A stretch of 64,000 nt of DNA from Candidatus Bathyarchaeia archaeon (lineage in GTDB: Archaea > Thermoproteota > Bathyarchaeia > Bathyarchaeales > Bathycorpusculaceae). Below are positions 1 to 10,303 of the stretch, in pieces. Position 1 is the stretch's first letter; the number at the start of each line of letters is the position of its first letter. A program made the position numbers and the translations under genes. The DNA is taken from NCBI GenBank assembly GCA_049521795.1, contig JBEKOM010000002.1, positions 32,001-96,000 of the forward strand. The letters run 5' to 3'. The notes beneath the pieces were generated by a model that worked only from the letters and a program-made list of their open reading frames with translations, was not told the origin of the DNA and made no database searches.

Positions 1-149
1 TCCGCATTGCAGTCGAGGATTTCGATTTCAACGTCCTTGACTTCCTTCTCGACGTAAGCGGCCAGTTGAATGATTCCATAGGGCGGTGGCACGTACTCGC
101 CCATAACGAACCACATGTCTTTAGGCGGCTCAATGAACATGATTTTCAT
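1..149 (-). CDS. Partial (5' end) cobalamin-binding-domain radical SAM protein
   Basis: Manual translation from ATG at 149: MKIMFIEPPKDMWFVMGEYVPPPYGIIQLAAYVEKEVKDVEIEILDCNA, matching the PPxGxxxLAAY...V.I.D start of B12-binding radical SAM proteins; runs off the window. Confidence 0.75.
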   Translation of the reverse strand, partial: MKIMFIEPPKDMWFVMGEYVPPPYGIIQLAAYVEKEVKDVEIEILDCNA

Positions 150-372
150 TCTAACCCTTCTTTACAAATGTTCGCACGATTTTCTTTTAAGGATGCTGAT
201 TTAAGCTCGCTAACTGTAACAGGCGATAAGTCCTTGAGCTGTTTGGATGATTTGCTTCTTTCCACGTTTCTGGGTCTCTTCGTGCTTGACCACTCTGCGG
301 AAACGCGTTAGACAAAAGAGTTTAAATCCTGACTTGAGCCTATTCGTTGTCTCATTGCAGAAGGGGGAGCAA

Positions 373-1998
373 GTGGTTAAGTACGTTTTTGTGACTGGTG
401 GCGTTCTGAGCTCTGTTGGGAAGGGGATTTTGACTTCTTCTATCGGCAAGATTCTGCAGGCAAGAGGGCTCAAGGTCAACGTGATAAAGATTGATCCCTA
501 CGTGAATGTTGACGCTGGAACGATGAACCCCTACATGCACGGTGAGGTCTACGTGACGGATGACGGCGGCGAGACGGACCTCGACTTGGGCTGGTACGAA
601 CGCTTTCTTGACTTGAACCTGAAGATGGAGAACAACATCACAACGGGCCTTGTGTACAGGGCAGTGATCGAGAAAGAGAGGCGAGGTGACTTCCTCGGAA
701 GATGTGTACAAATCGTGCCACACGTAACGAACGAGATAAAACATCGCATACGCGGGGTTGCAAAAGACTCAGGTGCCGATGTCGTCTTAACCGAAGTCGG
801 AGGCACAGTGGGGGACATTGAAGGTCTACCCTTTCTTGAAGCGATCCGGCAGATGCGTCTGGAAGAGGGCTACGAGAACACCTTGTACGTGCACGTTGCC
901 CTGGTTCCGATACTGGATGTCACGGGAGAAATGAAGACGAAACCGCTTCAGCACAGCGTGAACGAACTGCGGCGGATCGGTATACAGCCAGACACGATCG
1001 TTGCAAGAAGCCCTGAGATGATCGACTCAGAGGCCCTTGGAAAAATCGCCCTTTTCGGCACGATACCCGAAAACGCGGTCTTCTGTTCGTACAACGTGCC
1101 GTCTATTTATCAGGTTCCTCTCATACTGGACGAACAGGGCATGAGCGATTTCATCTGCAAACGGCTTGGGTTTTCAGAGCGATCACAGGATTTTAAGGAT
1201 TGGAGAAGCTTTGTGGACGCAGTGTTGAAGCCAGAGCACGAAGTGAAGATTGCCTTGGTAGGCAAGTACGCGAACCTTGCTGACAGCTACGTGAGCATGA
1301 GCGAAGCTATGAAACACGCTGGCGCAGCGTGCAAAAGCAGAGTGCGTGTTAATTATATTGAGGCTGAGAAGCTTGAGCAAAACCCTGACTGCGCGAAGAT
1401 GTTTGAAGGCGTTGATGGAATATTCGTGCCTTACGGCTTCGGTCCGCGAGGAACCGAAGGAAAGATAACGGCAATCAGGTTCGCAAGAGAGAACGACGTC
1501 CCCTTTCTCGGCATATGCTATGGTTTCCAGCTTGCAGTGATAGAGTTTGCCCGTGACGTCTGCGGGTTGACGGACGCGAACAGCACGGAGATCAACCCTA
1601 GCTCGACTCATCCGGTGATCGACCTGATGCCTGAACAGCGGGGAATAGAGCTTAAGGGAGCCACGATGCGGCTTGGTGCTCACAAAATAGTCGTCGAACC
1701 CAGCACGCTCGCACACTGCCTTTACAACAGCGAAGTTTACGAGCGACACCGTCACAGGTTCGAAGTCAACCTCGACTATTCCGAAGCTCTTCGAAAGAAC
1801 GGGCTGGTGTTCTCCGGAAAGAGCACAGACGCGCGAAGGATGGAGATTCTGGAGCTGCCTGATCACTTCTTCTTCTTCGCGTCACAGTTTCATGGAGAGT
1901 TCAAGAGTCGACCAGGAAGACCTGACCCAGAATACTACGGTTTCGTAAAAGCGTGCCTAGACAAAAAACAAGGCAGGCCGAAGCCGAAATTCAAGTAG
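373..1998 (+). CDS. pyrG: CTP synthase
   Basis: KYVFVTGGVLSSVGKG, DPYVNVDAGTMNP, GATase GICYG and ERHRHRFE; GTG start at 373 after a purine-rich GGGGAG. Confidence 0.98.
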   Translation: MVKYVFVTGGVLSSVGKGILTSSIGKILQARGLKVNVIKIDPYVNVDAGTMNPYMHGEVYVTDDGGETDLDLGWYERFLDLNLKMENNITTGLVYRAVIEKERRGDFLGRCVQIVPHVTNEIKHRIRGVAKDSGADVVLTEVGGTVGDIEGLPFLEAIRQMRLEEGYENTLYVHVALVPILDVTGEMKTKPLQHSVNELRRIGIQPDTIVARSPEMIDSEALGKIALFGTIPENAVFCSYNVPSIYQVPLILDEQGMSDFICKRLGFSERSQDFKDWRSFVDAVLKPEHEVKIALVGKYANLADSYVSMSEAMKHAGAACKSRVRVNYIEAEKLEQNPDCAKMFEGVDGIFVPYGFGPRGTEGKITAIRFARENDVPFLGICYGFQLAVIEFARDVCGLTDANSTEINPSSTHPVIDLMPEQRGIELKGATMRLGAHKIVVEPSTLAHCLYNSEVYERHRHRFEVNLDYSEALRKNGLVFSGKSTDARRMEILELPDHFFFFASQFHGEFKSRPGRPDPEYYGFVKACLDKKQGRPKPKFK

Positions 1999-2016
1999 GC
2001 ATCGTGAAGCGCGTTG

Positions 2017-2445
2017 TCAATGGTTTGGAAACATCTTCTTGTGTTCCGCCATCATGCACCTGTTCATGACAACTTGTAAGCCTGCGGCTCTCGCAGTCGT
2101 TGCCGCTTGTTCGTTGACTATTCCAAGCTGCATCCAAACGACGTACGGCCTACCATAGCGCTCCTTCAGCTTAACCGCCTCTTCAACTATTGGCGGCACA
2201 TCCGCGGAGAGCCTGAAGATGTCCACGATGTCCAGCGTTCTCTGGATTTCAGGCGGAATGTCGAGCAGACTCTTGTAGCTTTTTTCACCTAGCACCTCGT
2301 CCGCGGTGGGGTTCACGGGAACAATGCGGAACCCTTGACTTTTCAAGTATTCAGCCACTCGGTGACTTTCCTTGGAGGGGTCGCGCGATAGCCCCACAAC
2401 AGCAACGATCTTGTACTTGGTGAGGATTTCCTTCGCGCTGTCCAT
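2017..2445 (-). CDS. CoA-binding protein (YccU-like)
   Basis: VAVVGLSRDPSKES, PVNP, DIVDIFR, WMQLGI, VVMNRCM motifs; start taken at MDSAKE. Confidence 0.9.
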   Translation of the reverse strand: MDSAKEILTKYKIVAVVGLSRDPSKESHRVAEYLKSQGFRIVPVNPTADEVLGEKSYKSLLDIPPEIQRTLDIVDIFRLSADVPPIVEEAVKLKERYGRPYVVWMQLGIVNEQAATTARAAGLQVVMNRCMMAEHKKMFPNH

Positions 2446-2700
2446 GCTCAAACCCTCAACCTCCAAAGAGCCAATTGGTTGAAGGCTGCTCCTCGTACTT
2501 AAGGCATTCTTTTGGCGGTTTTGGATTGATTTGATAGACATGTCCTCTAATCTCTGATAATGATTGTGTTTTCATAACTGCTTTATTAGGCAACAGGTTC
2601 TTTGTTGAATGCTTGCCTTCCTGGGCAGCTCCAGAAATTGTGAACAAGTGGGATTACGATCACAACGAATACGCATCCTTCCAAGTTCAAACAAAGAGAA

Positions 2701-4806
2701 GTGCGCTCAGAGGAATATGCAGTAGTTCTTCTGTTTATTATCGCTGGCGCATCCGCATACGTAATAGATTCGGCAGTTGGTGCATTCATCAACCACGAGG
2801 GGACATTCTTTAATGTTCTGATCTCTATTTCGCTGGGCAACGTCTCTATGCGGCTGTACGTGCTGGCGTCTCTTGTTGTTCTCGGCATTTTCATTCACGG
2901 GTCTCTGGCCAACCGCAAGAAGAGCGAGGAAAGGCTTTCTGCGTTAAACTTCTACGGTGGAAAACTGAACACCGCGAAGGATGTTCAAGGAGTCTATGAA
3001 TTAACTGTAGACGCCATGGAGAAAACATTGGGTTTTGAATATGCTGCATTCATGGTTGCAGAAAGAAGCGCTCTTAAGGCGGTATGTTATCGCGGACGTT
3101 TTGAGCCACAAGTCTGTGAACTTCCTGTCGACGGGGCAAACAGTGTAACAGTGAGAGCGATGAAGACAGGTGCACCTATCCTTGTTCCAGACGTGAGTAA
3201 ATACAAGGAATACGTTGCAGGCTACCCCGGGATTCGGGCAGAGCTTGCTGTTCCGATCGCCGCAGACGACAAGATCCTAGGCGTTCTGAACGTCGAAAGC
3301 AGCAAACGAGGAGCATTCAGTGAGAAGGATGCGACTTTGCTTCAGGTCTTGGCTTCGCATGCTGGGACAGCGATCAGCAACCTCTTAAGACGAGGGGAAA
3401 TTGAGAAGCGCAGCGACCAAATGGCTTTGCTGTTGAAGAGTTCTGCTGAGATCATTCACTCCGCAAACTTGCGGCGACGTCTCCGAACGATTGCAGAGGC
3501 AATTAGAGACCTTGGTTGGCGAAGAGTCGTTATCTCCGTCAGAGATGAGAACATGGAGATGAGGACCCCCGATGACTTGGTAACCGTGGGCTTAACGGAC
3601 GAAGAGATAGAACACATGTGGAACAATAGATCGCCTGGAAGCGTCGTTCGTGAGAGTTTTGGGCCAGAGTATGAGCGTTGCAGAATCGGCGAATTCTACT
3701 ACTTGCCTTGGAGTGATCCTTGGGTTAGAGAAAGGCAGAGAAGCTCCGGCAACCTCGTTGAAAGCCACCTCCAAGCTGAAGACATGATTGATTGGGACCC
3801 ACAGGACATGTTATACGCTTCGCTACGATTGGCCGACGGCCGCATCGTAGGTCGAGTAGTCATGGATGATTCTATGGATGGGAGGAGACCCACTCTTGAA
3901 TCTTTGAGACCTCTGGAACTTTTCCTAAGCCAGGCGGCAGTGGCCGTCGAAAATGCTCAGCTGATTCAGCAGTTGAACGATGCCGGAGCCAAACTTGAAG
4001 AATATGCAGACCATCTCGAAGCGAAGGTTGAGGAGAGGACGCGAGAGTTGAAAGAAGCTCAAAATCGACTTCTCAAGTCCGAGAGACTCGCAGCGATCGG
4101 TGAGCTGGCTGGGATGGTTGGACATGACCTGCGCAATCCATTGACTGGCATAACGGGTGCAGCCTATTACCTGAAGAGCAAAGTGACTGAGATGATGAAT
4201 GGCAAGGCAAGGGAGATGCTCGAAATCATCGAGAAAGACATTGCGTATTCGAATAAGATCATCAACGATCTCCTGGACTATTCAAGAGAAATCAAGCTTG
4301 AACTGGTTGAAAGCAGCCCTAAGGCGGTGGTAGAAGAGGCTTTGTCTCTTGTAAGAATTCCGAGAAACGTGAAGGTCTTGGATTTGACGGAGAACGAGCC
4401 GAAGGTAGAAGTTGACGTTGACAAGCTGAAAAGAGCCTTTGTCAACATAATAAAGAACGCTGTGGAAGCCATGCCGAAGGGAGGAAGACTGACAATAAGA
4501 AACAAAACGTCCACTAATGACTGCGAAATTGCTTTTTCAGACACTGGAACGGGCATTACGGATCATACGCTGCAAAACATGTGGTCACCGTTGTACACGA
4601 CAAAGGCGAAGGGCATGGGCTTCGGCCTGCCCATATGCAAACGACTCGTGGAGGCACACGGAGGCAAGATCGCTGTGGAAACCGCTTTGGCAAAGGGAAC
4701 GACTTTCACGGTAAGCATTCCCATCCACCAGCCGAAGCAAGAAGAGAGTTGCACGTTCGTACCAGAGCCTTCGTTGCAGACGATGGCAAACGAGTACCAA
4801 AAGTAA
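2701..4806 (+). CDS. Membrane sensor histidine kinase (2 TM, 2 GAF, HisKA, HATPase)
   Basis: N-terminal TM helices, GAF motif ELAVPI...GVLNVES, H-box GHDLRNPLTGI, N-box NIIKNAVEAM, DTGTGI, GMGFGLPIC. Confidence 0.93.
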   Translation: MRSEEYAVVLLFIIAGASAYVIDSAVGAFINHEGTFFNVLISISLGNVSMRLYVLASLVVLGIFIHGSLANRKKSEERLSALNFYGGKLNTAKDVQGVYELTVDAMEKTLGFEYAAFMVAERSALKAVCYRGRFEPQVCELPVDGANSVTVRAMKTGAPILVPDVSKYKEYVAGYPGIRAELAVPIAADDKILGVLNVESSKRGAFSEKDATLLQVLASHAGTAISNLLRRGEIEKRSDQMALLLKSSAEIIHSANLRRRLRTIAEAIRDLGWRRVVISVRDENMEMRTPDDLVTVGLTDEEIEHMWNNRSPGSVVRESFGPEYERCRIGEFYYLPWSDPWVRERQRSSGNLVESHLQAEDMIDWDPQDMLYASLRLADGRIVGRVVMDDSMDGRRPTLESLRPLELFLSQAAVAVENAQLIQQLNDAGAKLEEYADHLEAKVEERTRELKEAQNRLLKSERLAAIGELAGMVGHDLRNPLTGITGAAYYLKSKVTEMMNGKAREMLEIIEKDIAYSNKIINDLLDYSREIKLELVESSPKAVVEEALSLVRIPRNVKVLDLTENEPKVEVDVDKLKRAFVNIIKNAVEAMPKGGRLTIRNKTSTNDCEIAFSDTGTGITDHTLQNMWSPLYTTKAKGMGFGLPICKRLVEAHGGKIAVETALAKGTTFTVSIPIHQPKQEESCTFVPEPSLQTMANEYQK

Positions 4807-5028
4807 GTTACATTTGAAGCGTTCTAGCGTCATACTGCCTCTTGGGAAACGATTCTTGTGCCTCGGTTTGTTCCTTCAATGTTCATTAACAGCTCGCCGA
4901 CCGTTCGCCTTGTTTGAACTTTTGGAAGCAATACCGAGCAAATGCGCAAAGATCCCTCTTCGAGGAGCAATGTTTCAGTCGGATGCTTTGACTCCGCTTA
5001 CCATATAAGCTGCTGGCTGTTCTGACTC

Positions 5029-5556
5029 TTGCCGAGGAATGGTTTGAAGAGCGAGGGAGATCCATCCTCAGTTGAACAATATCGCAGCCGATTGGACAAA
5101 GCTGCTAGCTACGGTGAGGTCTGGGAAATCGTCAAGGACACCGTGGAGTTTACCTTACACAGGCGGAGAGGCAGCATGATGCTTTTTCTGGATGACTTGC
5201 CGATTCAGCTCGGCGCCTATCACTCGCTGGGGACCAACAACATCGTCTTGAACAGAGTCCTGGTGCAGATCGTGGAAGCAGCGATTGAAAGCAAGAGAGT
5301 GGTTAACGCCTTGGTGTACAACTTGTTGCTGCACGAATACTTGCACGCTCTTGGTGAAGTCTCTGAGGCCGGCGTCAGAGGGCTCGTTATTGAGGTGTGC
5401 AGAAAATCCTTCGGTCAAGATTACGTTGCAACCCGCATAGCAGTTAAGACTCCTTGGGCCCTCCTTAGTGGGATACCTTTTGACAGCGTAACCGTTCCTA
5501 AACGAGTCATGGAAATCGTGAAGGACTTCGAGAAGCCCGACAAGTACATCGTCTAA
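5029..5556 (+). CDS. Small zincin-like (HExxH) putative metallopeptidase
   Basis: LLHEYLHALG motif preceded by LGAYH...IVLN strand. Confidence 0.7.
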   Translation: MPRNGLKSEGDPSSVEQYRSRLDKAASYGEVWEIVKDTVEFTLHRRRGSMMLFLDDLPIQLGAYHSLGTNNIVLNRVLVQIVEAAIESKRVVNALVYNLLLHEYLHALGEVSEAGVRGLVIEVCRKSFGQDYVATRIAVKTPWALLSGIPFDSVTVPKRVMEIVKDFEKPDKYIV

Positions 5557-5693
5557 GGCCCTGCCCGTGGGTTTTCCTTATGAGCCAGTGCTACTTGTGC
5601 GAACTAAAGTTCGTCCAGATTCGGCACATCGTTGAGCCGGGATTGGACGCGAAAAGTGAAAAGGACCGTGGCATCGTGCTTCTTTGAACAAGA

Positions 5694-6695
5694 CTATTTT
5701 ATCTTCTCGAAGTGAATGACGTAGACAAGCTGATCCTCATCCCATTCATTATGCGTTTTTTTCCACAGTTTCTTGAACTGCTCTAGAGTGTATCCGCCTT
5801 CTCTCCTCGCGTCTTCTTCATCAAAGTATTTCAAGCGTTTCCTTTCAACCGATGAGATTCGCAGGTCTGCAACGTGCGGTTCCCATATGGCCGCGCGAAC
5901 TACTGCGCCCGTCTTAATCTTGGGGTCAGGTACGCCTGTTCTGGAAGTCTGAGTTTTCATTCCCTTAAGCAGCGATTCCTTGTCGACTGCTTCAAACTGC
6001 ATCTCGTATGGGGCCTCCGCGACCTCTTGTATGACTTGCTCAACCGACTTTTCAGGCTCATGGGCCAACTTCTCGATAACCTGCGCTCTTTCATTCGCCG
6101 GAAGCCTCTTCTCTGCCAGCTTCTTGATCACTTCTACCCTCTTCTCAGGTTCTTCAACCGCCCGGCCCACCCTTACAGCTGTCAAATAATCTATCTTACC
6201 CTCAGGCACCTGCCCGGAAACCGTTGAAGGAGCCACATACTTCTGCGCTTCCTTCGGGACCACTTCAACCGTTCGCAGCCAAAGAGAGACAGCATCGCCG
6301 CTGACACCGATCTTCTTGGCTATCGCAGCCTGCGAAGGATATTTCTCGCCACAATTGTCTAAAAGATACCTGCAGACCTTTCCTTTTTCGATCGCACTGA
6401 GGTCCTCCCTTTGCACGTTCTCGATCAAGTTTAATTGCACAACTGCATCGTCACTGTAGTCTCTGACGATGACAGGAACCTTCACAAGTCCAGCCTGCTG
6501 CGAAGCCCTGTAGCGCCTTTCACCCAGGACTACTTCAAACTCGCCGTTCAACGGCCTGACGATAATAGGTTGAAGCAGGCCGACCTCTCTAATGCTGGCA
6601 GCAAGCTCGTTGAGGCGCTCTATGTTCACTTCCAACCTCGGGTTAAGCTTTGACGGATGAATCTTCTTGAGCTCGATCTCGGCGATAGCGGACAT
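5694..6695 (-). CDS. ParB/Spo0J-family protein with C-terminal ASCH domain
   Basis: NPR, ELAASIREVGLLQPIIVR, GERRYRA, ENVQREDLS, HTH; C-terminal GMKTQTSR...DARREG...W...VYVIHF is ASCH-like. Confidence 0.88.
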   Translation of the reverse strand: MSAIAEIELKKIHPSKLNPRLEVNIERLNELAASIREVGLLQPIIVRPLNGEFEVVLGERRYRASQQAGLVKVPVIVRDYSDDAVVQLNLIENVQREDLSAIEKGKVCRYLLDNCGEKYPSQAAIAKKIGVSGDAVSLWLRTVEVVPKEAQKYVAPSTVSGQVPEGKIDYLTAVRVGRAVEEPEKRVEVIKKLAEKRLPANERAQVIEKLAHEPEKSVEQVIQEVAEAPYEMQFEAVDKESLLKGMKTQTSRTGVPDPKIKTGAVVRAAIWEPHVADLRISSVERKRLKYFDEEDARREGGYTLEQFKKLWKKTHNEWDEDQLVYVIHFEKIK

Positions 6696-6786
6696 AACCT
6701 CTAACTCCCAAGTTTCGTATCTATTCGAGTCGACTTCACTATTTAAGAAGTTGCACTGACTGTTCGGTTCTGCATAGTGAACAGTT

Positions 6787-7251
6787 TTACAGACCTATCT
6801 GCGAAGCTGATTTCTTCAACCCGCTTAGTGATATGTCAAAGAACTTCTCCCTGGGTATCCCTATTTGCTCGCAAAAGAGTATCCTCTCCCTGTTCGCACC
6901 TCTTGCAAAGTCCTTGTCCCTGAACTTTTTGGTGACAGATTCGACCCTAACGTCTGCCAGCTTTTTCGAAGGCATGACTAGGGCGCAGGCAATGAGTAGA
7001 CCTGAAACCGCGTCAGCAGCGATCAAGGCTTTCTCCATTTTCGTTTCAGGCTTAACGGCTGTGTGCTCAAAGTTATGAGCCTTGGCCACCCTTATCACAT
7101 CTCCGCTTACGGACTCTTTCAACATGTCTTCAGCCAAAAGACTGTGACGTTCGGGTGTCGCCTCAGTTCTTTCGTAGTCCACATCGTGAAGCAAGCCTGT
7201 CAGCCCCCACTTTTCCTTGTCTTCCGCGACGTACGTGGCCAATTTTGACAA
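6787..7251 (-). pseudogene. HDIG-type HD hydrolase, apparently 5'-truncated
   Basis: WGLTGLLHDVDYE, H, AH, AADAVSGLL, KKFRDKDFARGANRE present; the usual N-terminal helices carrying the first His are absent. Confidence 0.65.
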
Positions 7252-7305
7252 AGTATATAATGGTGCTGAGCGCCCTCTTGCTTTTGTTGATGGGTGCGAA
7301 CCCTT

Positions 7306-8385
7306 TTGTCTGCACCGAAGCACAAGTTTACTTGGAAAACTCTGCTGCCGATCATTGGACTAGTCGCCTTCTTCGTCTACATCTACGTTTTCAACGTTGA
7401 CATCCAAGAGATAATCGTAAAAGTCCAGCAGACTAACCCCTACTACTACGTTCTAGCAGCAATAGCATCCGTTCTTGACATAGTGTTTTTCACTCTGGCT
7501 TGGCATTCCTTGCTCGGGTTCCTTTCAGTGAAGCTTTCAATCTTCAAATCATTCGCCTTCGTTTGGGCAGGGATATTCGTCGACACGCTGATCCCCGCAG
7601 AGTCCGTCAGCGGGGAAATCACGAAGATCTACCTGGTAAACAGGGAGCAAAACGGAGCGGCAGGGGAAGCAACGGCCTCTGTTGTTGCACACAGACTTAT
7701 TGGGATGGGAATAAACATCGCAGCTTTGCTGGTGGGTGCGGGCCTTCTGCTGCTTGAGAGCCAGCTTTACGGAATTGTGCTGGGCCTCGTACTTTTTCTC
7801 ATCACTGCGATTTCCTTTCTCTTCATTCTGGTTCTTCTCCTATGCTTCAGAGAAAAGTGGACCTTCCGCATCGTTGACGGCTTGATCGGGTTTGCAGAGC
7901 GTATAAGCAGGGGGCATTGGAGATTGAAGAAGCTACGGGAACAAGTTGTTGATGTTCACAGGGCTTTTCACGTCGCAATCAAAGAATACGTGCACGCTCC
8001 GAGAACGCTGTTCATCGCCTCGGGTTCCACGGTGATTGCCTGGGCTCTGTCTATGTCGGTGCTCTATCTCACGTTAGTGTCCATTGGATATCCTCAAATA
8101 AGTTTGAGTGCGATACTAGTGATCTCCGCGATCTTTGTAGCTGTAAAGTCTGTTCCGATAGGAGTTCCGTTTGAAGTAGGCCTGCCGGAAATAACCCTAA
8201 CAACGCTGCTTGTCTTTTTCGGGGTTCCTTGGACGATAGCCGCAACTGCCACGATTTTGATGCGTTTGTTAACGTTGTGGCTGAGGTTTTTCATAGGTTT
8301 CGGGGCACAACAATGGATAGGCGCGAAAGCTGTCATCACGAGCCAGAACGTTGAAACTGGCCCCGCACCAGACTGGAAAAGCTAA
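7306..8385 (+). CDS. Flippase-like / lysylphosphatidylglycerol synthase TM domain protein (AglD2/UPF0104 type)
   Basis: Multi-TM protein with W..LL, LIPAESVSGE, PFEVGLPE and R..TLW motifs. Confidence 0.85.
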   Translation: MSAPKHKFTWKTLLPIIGLVAFFVYIYVFNVDIQEIIVKVQQTNPYYYVLAAIASVLDIVFFTLAWHSLLGFLSVKLSIFKSFAFVWAGIFVDTLIPAESVSGEITKIYLVNREQNGAAGEATASVVAHRLIGMGINIAALLVGAGLLLLESQLYGIVLGLVLFLITAISFLFILVLLLCFREKWTFRIVDGLIGFAERISRGHWRLKKLREQVVDVHRAFHVAIKEYVHAPRTLFIASGSTVIAWALSMSVLYLTLVSIGYPQISLSAILVISAIFVAVKSVPIGVPFEVGLPEITLTTLLVFFGVPWTIAATATILMRLLTLWLRFFIGFGAQQWIGAKAVITSQNVETGPAPDWKS

Positions 8386-8421
8386 ATTTAACCTTGGAAT
8401 ACTCTTTCAAGATGCTAAGCC

Positions 8422-8874
8422 ATGACAGCGATAATAGAAGACGCTCAGATTAGACACCTCGACAGACTCTGTGAAATCGAAACCGAATGCTTCAGAGACG
8501 AGGCCTTCACCAAGGAGCAGATCCTTCAGCTGCTCAAGGAATACAACTGTGTAAACTTGGTCGCAAGAGTGGGTGGAATAATCGCCGGCTTCGTCATAGG
8601 CATGATGTACGTTGACAGGAAAGCCTTGTACGCACACATACTGACCATAGACGTGTCACCAGAGTACCGTCGAATGGGGATCGGTCAGATGCTCCTCCGA
8701 GAGATGGAGCGAATCTTTGAGGAGAAAGACGTTAAGGCTTCTCACCTTGAGGTCAGGGAAGACAACATCGCGGCTATCAACCTTTACAGAAAGTTGGGCT
8801 ACGAAAAGATCGGTGAACTTAGGAACTATTATGGTAACGCGAACGGCATATACTTTAAGAAGGTTTTAGCCTAG
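8422..8874 (+). CDS. rimI: RimI/Ard1-like N-terminal acetyltransferase (GNAT)
   Basis: HILTIDVSPEYRRMGIG, LEVREDNIAAINLYRKLGY, NYY. Confidence 0.85.
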   Translation: MTAIIEDAQIRHLDRLCEIETECFRDEAFTKEQILQLLKEYNCVNLVARVGGIIAGFVIGMMYVDRKALYAHILTIDVSPEYRRMGIGQMLLREMERIFEEKDVKASHLEVREDNIAAINLYRKLGYEKIGELRNYYGNANGIYFKKVLA

Positions 8875-9288
8875 CTTTAGGAGTTTCAGCTTCGTTTTTT
8901 CATCATACTTTCTCCGCAAGTGCACGCCGGCGGCTTCGACCACGACCAGTTCTGCTGTCGGGCCAACGTGACAACCTTTCATCAAGTGGCCGCCATAAGC
9001 TTCACCCTTTTCGTTTGAAACAACGATGTGCGCGTGGACTATTGTTTCGCCTTTTTCATCAACAGCTACATTGCCCATACACGAAGCCACTTCCAGAGGG
9101 CCATCCAACCTTGTAGTTACGTACTCTCCTTCCTTGTAGCATCCGAGTACCGCGCACTTCAAGGCTCCGATGAGCATGAAGATTCCGGCCTTCACGCCAC
9201 TCTCATCTGCGTTTTTCTTAATGGATTCGGCCACGTCGTCATCTTCTTGCAGGCGCGAGAAGAAAAGCTTTCCACAATGTCCTTCCAA
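8866..9288 (-). CDS. PPC/DUF296 domain protein
   Basis: IGAL, EVASCMGNV, HAHIV, GGHL motifs. Confidence 0.9.
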   Translation of the reverse strand: MEGHCGKLFFSRLQEDDDVAESIKKNADESGVKAGIFMLIGALKCAVLGCYKEGEYVTTRLDGPLEVASCMGNVAVDEKGETIVHAHIVVSNEKGEAYGGHLMKGCHVGPTAELVVVEAAGVHLRRKYDEKTKLKLLKLG

Positions 9289-9372
9289 GAGACAATCGCC
9301 CCATCATTCTACGTGCTATCAATGCGCTTAAATTCTGAAACACAAACTCTAAAAGCGTTTCGTTCGTATATC

Positions 9373-9657
9373 ATGAAAGTGTCGTGGGAAACTTTGTCTG
9401 CAAAAGAGAACGGTGATGGGCGAAACTTTGTCAAGGCAATCGTGATTCTCATTCGGAACACGACTTGGAGATGCGGAAAGCTTGAGCGGCTGATAGTGAG
9501 GAATCTCTGCAGGAGGCGTGCAGGTTTGGGAAAAGCCGGAATGCCCATCATGGAGATGATTCAAAGCTTCAGGTTAGGTGGTAAGAAGAAGAGCGAGTTC
9601 TTGGACGCTTTGAAGAGGCTAGAGAGAAGGAATATAGTAAGAATATCGATGATTTGA
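9373..9657 (+). CDS. Small basic hypothetical protein, possibly wHTH
   Basis: 3' part of the 9028-9657 ORF from ATG 9373; C-terminal FLDALKRLERRNIV resembles a wHTH recognition helix and wing. Confidence 0.5.
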   Translation: MKVSWETLSAKENGDGRNFVKAIVILIRNTTWRCGKLERLIVRNLCRRRAGLGKAGMPIMEMIQSFRLGGKKKSEFLDALKRLERRNIVRISMI

Positions 9658-9680
9658 GCTTGAGAGGTTTCGCTGAAGCC

Positions 9681-10190
9681 TTAACGGGGCTTTTCAACGA
9701 TTCCCTTAGCGTTTTCGATCCATTTGCCGGTGATCTTGGGCGAGATTTTGAGTTTCGTGGCCAAGTCTTTTGCTGAGGCTGTTGCCAAGTCTTCAACCGT
9801 GCTTACGCCTAGGGTTCTCAATTGCTCTGCTCGTTTCTCTCCGATCCCCTTGACCTCCAACAATCCTGCTGACGGAGGTTTGACTTCGACCACAGGTTCA
9901 GCTTGAACAACAGGTTCAGGCCTTGTTTCCACAGGTTTCTTCTCTTCCACGACTTCCGTGACCTTTGGCGTCGGTGCTGCAACCACGGAGGGTGGGGGTG
10001 GAGCAACCGCTATTTGTGTTGTGACTGCCCGTTTCGGTCTCAGTGTGTAGCCCAATCCGATGAAGACAAATCCGAAGACGACAGGTGTTACTGTCCACAA
10101 TGGCTGTGTGGCTATGTAGGCCGCCGCCGAAACACCGGAGATGATGAAGCATATTATTGCAACCGCGTATAGTGCATAGTCTGAGCGCAT
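9681..10190 (-). CDS. Membrane-anchored helix-hairpin-helix protein (DUF4332/HHH_5-like)
   Basis: Two N-terminal TM helices, Pro/Glu/Val linker, VKGIGEKRAEQLRTLGVSTVEDLA...WIENA. Confidence 0.8.
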   Translation of the reverse strand: MRSDYALYAVAIICFIISGVSAAAYIATQPLWTVTPVVFGFVFIGLGYTLRPKRAVTTQIAVAPPPPSVVAAPTPKVTEVVEEKKPVETRPEPVVQAEPVVEVKPPSAGLLEVKGIGEKRAEQLRTLGVSTVEDLATASAKDLATKLKISPKITGKWIENAKGIVEKPR

Positions 10191-10303
10191 GTAGTTTTCT
10201 CCAGCTATCTATCTTCTATGGAAGTGTTTAAATAATTTTCTACATTCATCGTGTAAAAAAGGGAGAATTTAGGCTTATTTATGATTATCCTTCGTGCGAG
10301 GGT

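Noticed and set aside
1183-1866. 227-aa minus strand ORF
   Set aside because: Antisense shadow of pyrG
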